The notes under the pieces: model-generated
The model's input: the letters and a program-made list of their open reading frames with translations, nothing else
Database searches by the model: none
Told to the model about the DNA's origin: nothing
Translations under genes and position numbers: made by a program
Part shown: in pieces, positions 27,783 to 37,870 of the stretch
Numbering within the stretch: position 1 is the first letter of the stretch
Layout of the letters: each line of letters starts with the position of its first letter
Assembly: GCA_943369665.1 (NCBI GenBank)
Contig: CALRNX020000012.1
Span: 40,501-104,500, forward strand
DNA length: 64,000 nt
DNA from: Chitinophaga pinensis
GTDB lineage: Bacteria > Bacteroidota > Bacteroidia > UKL13-3
Reading direction: 5' to 3'

Positions 27783-29171
27783 ATGAAGAAAATAGCACTA
27801 TTTACCTTGTTGTTATCTGCAGGTGTCAGTTTAACGGCACAAACAGTTATTTGTGGACGAATTACAAACCCCAAAGACAATATTGTTAAATTGAATTATG
27901 GGGATGGAAGTAAAACATTATCGGCTCAATTAGGTAAAGATGGCTCCTTTAACATAAGGAATAACGAAGGTCTTTCCGGAAGGTTTGACCTTGAGCATGG
28001 GGGTGAGACCACGGCAATGTTTTTGTATCCTTCGGACAGTTTGTATATAACATTGGATACTAAAATGTTTGACGAAACAATTGTGTATAAAGGACGTGGA
28101 GCGGATATCAATAATTTTTTGGCTAAGCAGTATTTGCATTTCGAAAATTCAATCGGTTCAGAAACGTTTATGCAAACCTATTACCGCAAAATTGCATTTA
28201 GTGATGCACAAACATTTAGTGCGTATGCCGACAGTTTAACACAGGTGAAACTGAACTACCTCGATCAATTCAAATCGACATTGCCTGTTGCTTTTTACGA
28301 CTACCAGTATGCCGAAATTGTGTTTGACTATGCAACAGACAAAGCTGATTATCCTACCCTGCATTGTTATGTGAGGGGGATACAGGATTCGACCGTAAAA
28401 GTGGAGCCGGGTTATTATGAATTTTACAACCAACTGAATATTGATAACGAGCATTATTTAGCCTCATATGATTTTGTGACCTATTTGGGATATTATGTGC
28501 GATACAAGGCCAAACAGAATTTTGGTCGGGACAGTATTTCATATCTGGATCAATTGGTAAGTGCCCGGTTTTTATTAAAAGGAAAAGTAAAAGAAAGAGC
28601 CATTAGTGAAATGATATTACAATTAATGGACTTTGGTACTGCCGATGAAGTAAAGCAGATGTATGCGCTAAGCGCTGTGGATATTACGAATCCTGATCTG
28701 AAGCAAAAGATAGATGCGAAGTATGCGCTTGTTTCGTCATTATTACCCGGGAATCCGGCACCGTTGTTTTCGCTCAAAACGAAAGAAGGTAAGACGGTGA
28801 ATCTTTCCGATTTTAAAGGGAAGGTGGTGTATCTGGATTTTTGGGCAAGCTGGTGTGGACCCTGTATGATGGAAATGCCCCATGCAAAAATATTGCAGGA
28901 TTCATTTGCCAATAAGGAAGTGGTTTTTTTGTATGTAAGTATTGATGAAGACGAAAAGGCCTGGCAAAAAACAATGGCAGCTAAAAAGATGAAAGGAGTG
29001 CATGTACTTGCCAAAGGTTTTGACCATGAGGTTCCGAAGAAGTATGGTGTAAATGGAATTCCCAGCTATTACCTCATAAGCAGGGAAGGTAAGATCATTG
29101 ATAATCATCCGTCACGTCCAAGCGACCCGGGTATTTATAAAGAAATTGAGGATGCGTTAAAGCTCAACTAA
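27783..29171 (+). CDS. TlpA-family thiol:disulfide oxidoreductase with a long N-terminal domain
   Basis: Signal peptide. The C-terminal thioredoxin fold carries FWASWCGPC. Confidence 0.8.
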   Translation: MKKIALFTLLLSAGVSLTAQTVICGRITNPKDNIVKLNYGDGSKTLSAQLGKDGSFNIRNNEGLSGRFDLEHGGETTAMFLYPSDSLYITLDTKMFDETIVYKGRGADINNFLAKQYLHFENSIGSETFMQTYYRKIAFSDAQTFSAYADSLTQVKLNYLDQFKSTLPVAFYDYQYAEIVFDYATDKADYPTLHCYVRGIQDSTVKVEPGYYEFYNQLNIDNEHYLASYDFVTYLGYYVRYKAKQNFGRDSISYLDQLVSARFLLKGKVKERAISEMILQLMDFGTADEVKQMYALSAVDITNPDLKQKIDAKYALVSSLLPGNPAPLFSLKTKEGKTVNLSDFKGKVVYLDFWASWCGPCMMEMPHAKILQDSFANKEVVFLYVSIDEDEKAWQKTMAAKKMKGVHVLAKGFDHEVPKKYGVNGIPSYYLISREGKIIDNHPSRPSDPGIYKEIEDALKLN

Positions 29172-30072
29172 ACAATATTCCTTCTTTGAGTGAATAATGT
29201 GAAGCAATGAGCCGGTCAAAATCAAACCGTTTGATGACCACATCCATTAAGATGGTTGCCACCACGATCATTTCTACCCTGAAATCAGCCATGCCATGAA
29301 GTTTGGCTCTATCATTGGTGTTTCGTGTGATGATGGTTTCGTAAAAGGATAAAAAAGCTTCTAATGGAATTTCATCTGCATGATCCCATGCATTACCTAA
29401 GGGTATTTGGAGATCCTTTTTTAATACTTCCACAAGTGTTTCAAACGAACCGGCAGAACCAACCAGAATGGATGTTGGAAATTGCTGCAAGGCGTCACGC
29501 AGCTCTTTCATGTTGTGAACCAAATACGATTGCAAAGTGATCAGTTCTTCATCACTGATTGGATCGGTTTTGTGAAAACGTTCAATTAAACGGGCCGCAC
29601 CAATTGGGTAGCTTTTTTTCCAGAATATCCGGTCTTTTTTGCCGATAATAAATTCAACACTTCCGCCTCCAATATCCATCACCAGAATATTTGCATCGGG
29701 CAATTCAAAAGAATGTTTGATACCATTGTAAATCAGTTCAGCTTCCTGTTCTCCTGTTATCAATTCAATTTGTATCTGATGCAATTGTTGAGCTTGTTCA
29801 ATAAAATCGGTTCCGTTACTTGCATCCCGTAAAGCTGAAGTAGCATAAGCCTTTACTTGTCCTATTCCATGCTCATTCAATGCATCACGAAAAGATGCTA
29901 ATGCGTCCAATCCACGTTGGAAAGCTTGGGGAGCGATCAGTCGCTGATTAATGCCTCCTTCCCCAAGTTTTACAGGGATTTGATTTTTATATACTTCGAT
30001 CACTTTACCATTGCTCACCTCGGCAATCAGTAAGTGAAAGGTATTTGTTCCGAGATCAATTATGGCTTTCAT
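29164..30072 (-). CDS. Ppx/GppA family phosphatase
   Basis: N-terminus IDLGTNTFHLLIAEV and motif DIGGGSVEF. Confidence 0.85.
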   Translation of the reverse strand: MKAIIDLGTNTFHLLIAEVSNGKVIEVYKNQIPVKLGEGGINQRLIAPQAFQRGLDALASFRDALNEHGIGQVKAYATSALRDASNGTDFIEQAQQLHQIQIELITGEQEAELIYNGIKHSFELPDANILVMDIGGGSVEFIIGKKDRIFWKKSYPIGAARLIERFHKTDPISDEELITLQSYLVHNMKELRDALQQFPTSILVGSAGSFETLVEVLKKDLQIPLGNAWDHADEIPLEAFLSFYETIITRNTNDRAKLHGMADFRVEMIVVATILMDVVIKRFDFDRLIASHYSLKEGILFS

Positions 30073-30363
30073 GTTTTATAAAGTTATGTAATTTAAGCTA
30101 AAAATTTGGTTTCTATTGTAAAGCCTTGTGCTGCCCTGTCTTTTGTTGACACTCTCCCTAGCCCTTTCTTGATGAGAGGGAATTTCGAGGGGGATTGGTC
30201 TTCGCAGAACCCCATCTGGTGGTTTCGTCTGATAGCTATCCTACTCGATCAACCATCCCGAGTTCCACATTTAACACAAAGCCCTATGCCACAAAAACAG
30301 TTACCGTATCAACCTCCCGAAACTTCGGGACAACTTTATCTACCAATCAACTATATTCGCGTT

Positions 30364-30738
30364 ATGAAAACGATCTTATTCATAGCTATTGGCGGGGCAC
30401 TTGGGGCTTTGCTGCGGTATGTTTTTGGGTTGGTGTTCAAACCCGAATACCATGCGGCATTTCCAATTCATACGTTTTTGGTGAATACGATAGGTTGCTT
30501 ATTTATTGGCATTGTATTTTCGTATATCGTGGTGAGCGGGCGACACGAAGGATTGCAATTTTTTATTATTACAGGTGTTTTGGGAGGCTTTACCACATTT
30601 TCGAGTTATACAATGGAAACAGTATACCTCTTTCAGAATGGTGAAGCATTTCGGGGTTGTTTATATGTATTATTAAGCAATGCAAGCGGAATTGGTTCGG
30701 CTTGGTTGGGATATAGTTTGGTAAAATGGATCGTATAA
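30364..30738 (+). CDS. crcB: Fluoride ion channel CrcB
   Basis: 124 aa starting at the ATG at 30364. Motifs GGALGALLRY and GVLGGFTTFS. The longer ORF-track version (30106) has a non-protein-like N-terminus. Confidence 0.9.
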   Translation: MKTILFIAIGGALGALLRYVFGLVFKPEYHAAFPIHTFLVNTIGCLFIGIVFSYIVVSGRHEGLQFFIITGVLGGFTTFSSYTMETVYLFQNGEAFRGCLYVLLSNASGIGSAWLGYSLVKWIV

Positions 30739-31679
30739 TTGAAGGTGTTGTTGTAAAATCAACTGGTAGTTGGTATAGTGTTCGTCTTCACCAAAAGGAA
30801 GGGGATTTTAATGCTGAAAAATACATTCAATGCCGCCTGAAAGGAAAGTTTAGAATGGATGGTATTAAACATACCAATCCGGTTGCGGTAGGTGATGTGG
30901 TGACCATCGAAATGGAAAGCGGCAGGGAAGAGGCAGTGATCACTAAAATACACGAACGCAAAAACTATATTATCCGTAAGGCAAGCAATCTGAGCAAGCA
31001 AACACATATCCTGGCTTCCAATCTGGATCAGGCAATTGTGGTGGCATCGCTTGTACAACCTGCCACCTCATTGGGGTTTATTGATCGTTTTTTAGCAACT
31101 GCCGAAGCGTATCATGTGCCGGCTGTTATTGTGATTAACAAAGCAGATCTGTATACAGAAGCGTTCCAAGAAATCTTAAATGATACGATCGGAATCTATA
31201 CCAAGATTGGATATAAAGTATTGTTGTGTTCGGCTACTGAACAAACACAGATCAGTGAATTGAAGGACTTGCTGAAAGATAAAACAACGTTGGTAATGGG
31301 ACACTCCGGTGTTGGGAAATCTACCTTGCTCAATGCGGTTGAGCCCAATTTACAATTAAAAACGGGAGAGATCTCCAACTATTCAAACAAAGGAAAACAC
31401 ACAACCACATTTGCCGAAATGTTTGAACTTTCCTTTGGCGGAAATATTATTGATACACCCGGAATTAAAGAATTGGGTGTGGTGGATTTTGACAAACGTT
31501 TGGTGTCGCATTATTTTAAAGAAATGAAAGCCTTTGTCGGGCAATGTAAGTTTAACGATTGCCAACATGTAAATGAGCCGGGATGTATGGTGTTAAAAGC
31601 GGTACAAGAGGGTGAGATCAGGTCGGAGCGATATGCCAGTTATATCAGTATTTTAAACAACGAAGATATTTATCAATAA
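30726..31679 (+). CDS. rsgA: Ribosome small-subunit-dependent GTPase A
   Basis: Circularly permuted GTPase: NKADL, then GHSGVGKSTL, with a C-terminal zinc knuckle CKFNDCQHVNEPGC. Confidence 0.92.
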   Translation: MDRIIEGVVVKSTGSWYSVRLHQKEGDFNAEKYIQCRLKGKFRMDGIKHTNPVAVGDVVTIEMESGREEAVITKIHERKNYIIRKASNLSKQTHILASNLDQAIVVASLVQPATSLGFIDRFLATAEAYHVPAVIVINKADLYTEAFQEILNDTIGIYTKIGYKVLLCSATEQTQISELKDLLKDKTTLVMGHSGVGKSTLLNAVEPNLQLKTGEISNYSNKGKHTTTFAEMFELSFGGNIIDTPGIKELGVVDFDKRLVSHYFKEMKAFVGQCKFNDCQHVNEPGCMVLKAVQEGEIRSERYASYISILNNEDIYQ

Positions 31680-32131
31680 TGCGTGCGGTGATTCAACGGG
31701 TGAGCGAAGCAAGTGTGACCATTGATGGCAGGCAACACAGTGCGATCCAAACCGGCTTGCTTATTTTGCTGGGCATTGAAGATGCCGATACCAGCGAAGA
31801 TCTTGAATGGTTAAGTGCTAAAATAACCAACCTGAGAATTTTTAACGATGAAGCTGGAGTGATGAATGTTTCGGCAAAAGAAACCAATGCTGATGTTTTA
31901 TTGGTGAGCCAGTTCACCTTATTTGCTTCTACTAAAAAAGGCAATCGGCCATCTTATATCAAAGCAGCCCGACCTGAAGTTGCCATTCCGCTTTACGAAC
32001 AAATGATCCATCAATTGCAAATAGATCTGGGCAAACACATTCAAACAGGAGTTTTTGGAGCGGATATGAAGGTGGCACTGGTGAATGATGGTCCCGTTAC
32101 GATTCTGATGGATTCGAAGAATAAAGATTAA
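31679..32131 (+). CDS. dtd: D-aminoacyl-tRNA deacylase
   Basis: MRAVIQRV N-terminus, SQFTL and NDGPVT motifs. 150 aa. Confidence 0.92.
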   Translation: MRAVIQRVSEASVTIDGRQHSAIQTGLLILLGIEDADTSEDLEWLSAKITNLRIFNDEAGVMNVSAKETNADVLLVSQFTLFASTKKGNRPSYIKAARPEVAIPLYEQMIHQLQIDLGKHIQTGVFGADMKVALVNDGPVTILMDSKNKD

Positions 32132-33045
32132 TACTCCCAAAGATCGTGTTCCACTTCAAATAATTTATACTTAATTCTTTCTGATTCTAATAGAGCATTT
32201 ACTTTATTGTCTTTAAATTCTTCAAACTCCTTTATTTTATTATCATATTGGTTAGACTCTTTGATAATATATGAACTAAAAAGCCTTTGTTCAAACCAAT
32301 CATCATAAGTTATTTTAATATCGTTAAGTCGATTAAAAATTTCTTGATTGACTAATATTTCTCTCAGATCGAATAAGTCATTATCCAGAGTAGATCGATG
32401 ATATTTTAATACACATAAATCTTGTTCACCCAATTCGATACCTGCTACTTTAGGATTATACTGTGGGGCAATGGCAATAATGCGCACATACATTCTCGAT
32501 TCCTTTTTGTCGAAGATCCAATCTTCCAATACCCTGTATTTTTTGATCTTTTCTTCAGGACGGAAAGGAGTGGCAATCGTATCCATACGGGTATTTGTAG
32601 CATCTTCAGGGTCAATTGCTGTTTCAACGTAATCTGTGTCAGAACCTTTTGCAAGAAATTCTTCAACTGTCATTACGGATCTGAGAGAATCATCATTATA
32701 CGGAATTAATTTTCCATCTCTTACGGCATTGTACAATACCAAACTTAGTGGATTTTTTGGCCATTGCATACACTGATTTTGTTTCTCTCTTACATCAATA
32801 ATTCTTGTGATTCGTTTAGCATAAAAAACATCGGACTCTCTCAAATATTCCCAATCAATGACCTTTCTTTCTCGATGAATATTACCTTCCCATATTTGAG
32901 TAGTGCCAATAGTATCTGCTGCAATCCTTAAAGAATCTCTGATGTGTTGCAAAGAATCCCTATTAATCGGCATCGAATTTTGAGCAAATATCGATGCAGG
33001 CAAAAGGAGCATGATAGTATAGATTAACGCAGAAATATTATGCAT
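32128..33045 (-). CDS. gldN: Second GldN-family protein (gldN/gldO-type paralog)
   Basis: 305 aa. The central ~145 aa are almost identical to GldN at 19229..20080, and the termini are similar but diverged. It has its own signal peptide. Confidence 0.88.
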   Translation of the reverse strand: MHNISALIYTIMLLLPASIFAQNSMPINRDSLQHIRDSLRIAADTIGTTQIWEGNIHRERKVIDWEYLRESDVFYAKRITRIIDVREKQNQCMQWPKNPLSLVLYNAVRDGKLIPYNDDSLRSVMTVEEFLAKGSDTDYVETAIDPEDATNTRMDTIATPFRPEEKIKKYRVLEDWIFDKKESRMYVRIIAIAPQYNPKVAGIELGEQDLCVLKYHRSTLDNDLFDLREILVNQEIFNRLNDIKITYDDWFEQRLFSSYIIKESNQYDNKIKEFEEFKDNKVNALLESERIKYKLFEVEHDLWEY

Positions 33046-33163
33046 TGAGATTTATAGGCAATAACAAAAAGAAACGAGTTTTAGTCGTTTTTAGTATTTA
33101 AACTATATTGTTTATCCGGTTGATTTTTGTGGAGTTAAAATGAGATTACATGCTGGTGATAAA

Positions 33164-33196
33164 CAAAAAAAAAGCCAAGAGTAAACTCCTGGCTTC
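33164..33196 (-). terminator. Rho-independent terminator after tig
   Basis: Read on the minus strand: AGCCAGGAG-loop-CTCTTGGCT followed by a T9 run. Confidence 0.7.
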
Positions 33197-33217
33197 TTAA
33201 ATATATTTCACAAAATC

Positions 33218-34603
33218 TTAGTGATTGTGTTGGTGGTGTTTTTCGTTGTGCTCAGCCACAATTTTGAAAAACTCTTCCGATGAAACTTCTTGTGTTGCCA
33301 CGCTTACTTTCGATTTTAATACTTCACGTACTTTTTGCGAAACAGCAAGGTTGATCATTTTCGAACGGTAGTCTTCTTTTTGCAAGCTTGGTCCCACAAT
33401 GCTTTCCAATAACTCATCGTTTAAGCCTGAGTTTCCGTAAGCACCAAACATGCTACGTGTATAGTTTAAGGCTGCAGCTTTAATATCTGCTTCTTCTACT
33501 TTTACACCTGCAGTGCTTAATACTTTTTCTTCAAACAAATGATTGCGTAAATATTGTGCTTCGTGCTCATAGTTATGGTCTACATTTTCTGCAGTAAACT
33601 TATCAGCATGTCTATCCATTAACCAACGTTTCAAGAAAGCATCCGGCAATACAATATTTTGTTTTGCAACCAATGTGTCGGTTAGCTCGTGCTCAAACAA
33701 ATGATCTGCTTGTCCACCAAAGTATGCTTGCAATTCAGTTTTTAACCGCTCTTTTAATTCTTCAATGGTATTAACGCTTCCGTCTGTATAGGCTTTGTCA
33801 AACAATTCTTTGTTGATCTCTGCCAAACCATTGCGTTTAATTTCGTTGATCACCAATTTGAAGTTTTTGCTGATATCACCAACGGTTAATTTGTTGATGT
33901 TCAAAGCATGCGAAATTTCTGATTCATTGTTATCGAACAAATCAAAAATGTTTACATCTACTTCTTTGCCTTTAGCTGCGCCCAACAATTCATTTTTAAT
34001 AGCCTCATTTTTGATGGTTGAGATCAAAACAGGCACTGAATCATTGTTTACACCACCTTCAATCACGTTTCCGTCATCATCAAGTTCGCTCATTTTGGTG
34101 TAAATAATATCTTTATCGGTAACAACTTCTTCTTCGGTTAATGTACCAAAACGTCTTTGCATACGTTCCACTTCATCATCGATCATCGCATCAGTGATCA
34201 CAACTTCGTAACGGGTGAACACATCCTTATCAGACACGTTCAGGTCAAACTCAGGAGCCAACCCGATATCAAATTTGAAAGTATAATCAGCAGTTTTGTT
34301 TAGCTCGTCAATTTTGCTATCATCCGTAAGTACTGGCTGACCAAGGATATTTAATTTTTGAGAATCGATGTATTCGAACAATCCTTTTGAAGCAGCTGCG
34401 TTAACAGCTTCCAATAATACGCTGGTTCCAAACATTTTTTCGATCATTGATTTTGGAGCAGCACCCGGGCGGAAACCGGGAATATTTGATTTTTTTTGGT
34501 AAGCTTTAAGCTTTTGGTCAATCTCTGGAGCGTAATCAGCACTTGAAATGTTTACAGCGATTGTAGCATTCAATGCATCCTTTTTTTCAATTGTTACGTT
34601 CAT
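33218..34603 (-). CDS. tig: Trigger factor
   Basis: N-terminal ribosome-binding region with GFRPGAAP. 461 aa with a His-rich tail. Confidence 0.9.
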   Translation of the reverse strand: MNVTIEKKDALNATIAVNISSADYAPEIDQKLKAYQKKSNIPGFRPGAAPKSMIEKMFGTSVLLEAVNAAASKGLFEYIDSQKLNILGQPVLTDDSKIDELNKTADYTFKFDIGLAPEFDLNVSDKDVFTRYEVVITDAMIDDEVERMQRRFGTLTEEEVVTDKDIIYTKMSELDDDGNVIEGGVNNDSVPVLISTIKNEAIKNELLGAAKGKEVDVNIFDLFDNNESEISHALNINKLTVGDISKNFKLVINEIKRNGLAEINKELFDKAYTDGSVNTIEELKERLKTELQAYFGGQADHLFEHELTDTLVAKQNIVLPDAFLKRWLMDRHADKFTAENVDHNYEHEAQYLRNHLFEEKVLSTAGVKVEEADIKAAALNYTRSMFGAYGNSGLNDELLESIVGPSLQKEDYRSKMINLAVSQKVREVLKSKVSVATQEVSSEEFFKIVAEHNEKHHQHNH

Positions 34604-34617
34604 TTGTTCTGTTTTGC

Positions 34618-34654
34618 TTTAAATAAAATAAGACTGACGCGAGCCAGTCTTATT
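34618..34654 (-). terminator. Rho-independent terminator after tRNA-Leu
   Basis: Perfect 10-bp stem AATAAGACTG / CAGTCTTATT with an 8-nt loop, followed on the minus strand by a T-rich tract. Confidence 0.65.
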
Positions 34655-34671
34655 TAGTTGTTTACGTTAAG

Positions 34672-34753
34672 TGCGCATGGAGGGACTCGAACCCCCACGC
34701 CTCTCGGCACCAGATCCTAAGTCTGGCACGGCTACCAATTACGCCACATGCGC
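34672..34753 (-). tRNA. tRNA-Leu (anticodon UAG)
   Basis: On the minus strand the sequence reads GCGCATG...CCAGA-CTTAGGA-TCTGG...long variable arm...GGGGGTTCGAGTCCCTC-CATGCGC-A. It forms a cloverleaf with a 7-bp acceptor stem. CCA is not encoded. Confidence 0.9.
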
Positions 34754-34905
34754 TTAAGGGAGGGCAAATGTATGTCTTTTTTTTAATTTCACAAATAAAG
34801 TAAAAAAGATGTTCAATATCAGTTTGCTAAATTTGAATGAAGCCCGCGTACTGCTTAAATTGAGCTTAAAATAATTACTTTTGTCATAAGGAGAACTCAA
34901 TATAT

Positions 34906-37152
34906 ATGGACGTGCTGACAGACGCAGAACAAGAGAACCAACAGATCGTAAAAGCTTACCGCAGTTTATTAAAAGCCTGTAAAAGACAACTTGAAAAGGG
35001 CGATAAAAAGATCATTCGTGAGGCATTTAATTTAGCATTGGATGCGCATAAAAGCATGCGCAGAAAGTCGGGAGAGCCTTATATTATGCACCCGTTGGCA
35101 GTAGCTCAGATTTGTGCCGAGGAGATTGGGTTGGGAACCACTTCCATTGTATGTGCCTTGTTGCACGATGTAGTGGAAGATACAAATATTACACTTGCCG
35201 ATATTACCCTGCAATTTGGGGGCAAGGTGGCCAAAATTATTGATGGGCTTACCAAAATAGCAGGCGTTTTTGATCAGCAGGATAAATCGATGCAGGCGGA
35301 AAATTTCCGTAAAATGTTGCTTACCTTAAGCGATGATGTGCGGGTGATTTTGATCAAACTGGCCGACAGGCTGCACAATATGCGTACGTTGGATTCGATG
35401 AGTCCGAAATCGCAGTTAAAAATTGCCAGCGAAACCCAATATGTATATGCTCCATTGGCACACCGCCTGGGTTTGTATGCCATTAAAACAGAGCTTGAAG
35501 ATCTGTCGACCAAATATTTAGAGCCTGATAATTACAATTTTGTAAAGGATAAACTCCAGGAGTCGAAACAAGAACGGAACCGGTATATCAAACAATTCAT
35601 TGAACCGATCACGGCTTCATTAACCGAGGCTGGTTTTAAGTTTGAAATAAAAGGGCGGCCCAAATCCATCCATTCTATTTTGAGCAAAATGAAAAAGCAA
35701 AACATCCCTTTTGAGGAGGTGTATGACCTGTTTGCGATTCGCATCATTATAGATACCGAATTTGAACACGAAAAATCGGATTGCTGGAAAACCTATTCAA
35801 TCATCACGGATTTTTACCGCCCCAACCCCGACAGGTTGCGCGATTGGGTTTCGACACCCAAAGGGAATGGATATGAGTCGTTGCATACTACGGTAATGGG
35901 ACCTAAAGGTAAATGGGTAGAGGTGCAAATTCGCACCAGCCGCATGGATGAAATTGCCGAAAAGGGATATGCTGCTCACTGGAAATACAAAGACAAGGAA
36001 GCTGCTGCCCAACAAAATCCCGAAGGCGGATTGGAAGAATGGTTGGCTCGGGTAAGGGAAGTACTGGAAAATCCGGAGTCGAATGCGTTGGACTTTTTGG
36101 ACGATTTTAAACTGAATTTATTTACAGAGGAAATTTTTGTGTTTACACCCAAAGGTGAGTTGCGCAAGCTACCTACCAATGCCACGATCCTGGATTTTGC
36201 CTTTGATGTACACTCAGAGTTGGGTTCAAAATGTATTGGTGGTAAGGTAAATAATAAGCTTGTCCCGATCAATTTTAAACTCACCAATGGAGATCAGGTT
36301 GAAATTTTGTCTTCGACCAAACAAACTCCAAAAGAAGAATGGCTTTCGTTTGTGGTTACGGCCAAGGCCAAGTCGAAGATCAGGGATTGGTTTAAGCATG
36401 AAAAACTGCGTGCATCGGCAATGGGTAAAGAAATCATTGAGCGCAAGTTTACCCAACATAAAATACCTTTTACCAGCGAGGCCCTAACGGATATCATGTA
36501 TTATTTCAAGCTTCCCACTATTGCTGAATTGTATTATCGGGTTGCCAATGACAAAATAGATAAGAAGGAGCTTGATATTGAAAAAATACTTGAAAAGGTA
36601 AAGCAACAAAAACTCGATCATGCGGTGGAAGCCCGCGCGGCAAGAGCCAATTCGAGTTCGAAACCTAATCCAAACCTTGCCTCCGATGCAGTGGTATTAG
36701 GCGATGATATTGATATGCCCTATTCTTTTGCCAAATGTTGTAACCCTATTCCGGGCGATGATATTTTTGGGTTTGTTACAGTAGGAGAGGGTGTAAAAAT
36801 TCACCGCACCAATTGCCCGAATGCCATTGGATTGATGAGCAATTACGGGTATCGCATTTTACGGTCACGTTGGGCAAATACCGAAAGCAAAACCAGGGCC
36901 TTTATTACCAATATTAAATTGAATGGAATTGATAGCGTGGGTATTGTGAGTACCATTACGGATATTATCTCAAAACAACTTCAAATAAACATGCATTCTA
37001 TTCAGGTAGGTTCAAAGGATGGGATGTTTGAAGGTTCTATTGAATTGGAGGTGTTCGATACCAACCAACTTGATGAATTAATGAATAAAATAAAAGCGGC
37101 AAGTCCATTGATTAAAGTGAGCAGGGAAGATTCGCAAATCATGAGGCAGTAA
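34906..37152 (+). CDS. relA: Bifunctional (p)ppGpp synthetase/hydrolase (RelA/SpoT homolog)
   Basis: HD hydrolase motif (HPLAVA...LLHDVVEDT), synthetase domain, and TGS and ACT-like C-terminal domains. 748 aa. Confidence 0.92.
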   Translation: MDVLTDAEQENQQIVKAYRSLLKACKRQLEKGDKKIIREAFNLALDAHKSMRRKSGEPYIMHPLAVAQICAEEIGLGTTSIVCALLHDVVEDTNITLADITLQFGGKVAKIIDGLTKIAGVFDQQDKSMQAENFRKMLLTLSDDVRVILIKLADRLHNMRTLDSMSPKSQLKIASETQYVYAPLAHRLGLYAIKTELEDLSTKYLEPDNYNFVKDKLQESKQERNRYIKQFIEPITASLTEAGFKFEIKGRPKSIHSILSKMKKQNIPFEEVYDLFAIRIIIDTEFEHEKSDCWKTYSIITDFYRPNPDRLRDWVSTPKGNGYESLHTTVMGPKGKWVEVQIRTSRMDEIAEKGYAAHWKYKDKEAAAQQNPEGGLEEWLARVREVLENPESNALDFLDDFKLNLFTEEIFVFTPKGELRKLPTNATILDFAFDVHSELGSKCIGGKVNNKLVPINFKLTNGDQVEILSSTKQTPKEEWLSFVVTAKAKSKIRDWFKHEKLRASAMGKEIIERKFTQHKIPFTSEALTDIMYYFKLPTIAELYYRVANDKIDKKELDIEKILEKVKQQKLDHAVEARAARANSSSKPNPNLASDAVVLGDDIDMPYSFAKCCNPIPGDDIFGFVTVGEGVKIHRTNCPNAIGLMSNYGYRILRSRWANTESKTRAFITNIKLNGIDSVGIVSTITDIISKQLQINMHSIQVGSKDGMFEGSIELEVFDTNQLDELMNKIKAASPLIKVSREDSQIMRQ

Positions 37153-37282
37153 TTAGGTATCATCCTCCTGCCGGATGAGGGGTTTAAAAGCCTTGTTATG
37201 ATGCACTTCTCGCAAACTTTTCCCCAATTTTTTTATCCTATCATTAAAATCTTAATTTGCACCAAAATTATCTGATTAGCTC

Positions 37283-37768
37283 ATGCCAACCAATCAAGTT
37301 TCACATGCTGTAAAAGAGGAAGTTAAAACCCTTTTTATCCAGTTTTTAGAACAAAAGCAGCAGCGTAAAACACCTGAGCGTTTTGCTATTTTGGATGAAA
37401 TTTACAGCAGCAAGGAGCATTTTGATGTTGAAACATTATATGTTCACATGAAAAATCGTAATTACAGGGTGAGCCGCGCTACTGTGTACAATACGTTGGA
37501 TCTACTTTTAGATGCGGGTTTGGTTGCTAAGCACCAGTTCGGGAAAAATCTGGCTTTGTATGAGCGCTCTTATGGTTTCAGGCAACATGATCATTTGATT
37601 TGCAATGTTTGCAGCAATATCATGGAGTTTTGCGACCCTCGTATCCAGCAAATTAAAAATACAATGGGGGAGTTGCTCAAATTTGATGTAACCGGCCATT
37701 CGCTTCATTTGATGGGTAACCCCAAAAGGGATGCAAATGGTATGTGTTTGACATGTGGTAAGAAGTAG
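37283..37768 (+). CDS. fur: Fur-family transcriptional regulator
   Basis: Winged-helix N-terminus, HDHLIC, and CxxC pairs (CNVC, CLTC). The rel-fur-purA order is conserved. Confidence 0.85.
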   Translation: MPTNQVSHAVKEEVKTLFIQFLEQKQQRKTPERFAILDEIYSSKEHFDVETLYVHMKNRNYRVSRATVYNTLDLLLDAGLVAKHQFGKNLALYERSYGFRQHDHLICNVCSNIMEFCDPRIQQIKNTMGELLKFDVTGHSLHLMGNPKRDANGMCLTCGKK

Positions 37769-37870
37769 GCAAGGGGTAGTAGGCAGTAGGCAAAACCATA
37801 GACAATAAAACGGTGGATCATGGACTCAATTAACTGTGGTCTTCTTCAGAAAAATATAAAACAATAACAA

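Noticed and set aside
30106-30363. An N-terminal 86-aa extension of crcB in the ORF track, and the overlapping 149-aa ORF at 30195..30644.
   Set aside because: CrcB proteins are about 120-130 aa and the conserved N-terminus starts at the ATG at 30364. The extension is Pro/Ser-rich with no membrane helix. The region is better explained as a structured leader.
37200-37282. A possible Fur box (TATCATTAAAATCTTAATTTGC ... AAATTATCTGATTA) upstream of fur.
   Set aside because: It is only an AT-rich partial resemblance to the GATAATGATAATCATTATC consensus, and no clear 19-bp dyad is present.
37769-37870. The fur-purA spacer contains GTAGGCA x2 and shares the 10-mer TTAACTGTGG and ATGGACT with aroA insertion 2. 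The aroC downstream spacer (59160-59225) also has a 7-nt periodic ..AGAAG pattern. Together these could be a dispersed element family.
   Set aside because: The order of the shared words differs between the copies. A single 10-mer match is expected by chance in a 64-kb window searched on both strands. I could not build a collinear alignment by eye, so it needs a genome-wide nhmmer search before being claimed.
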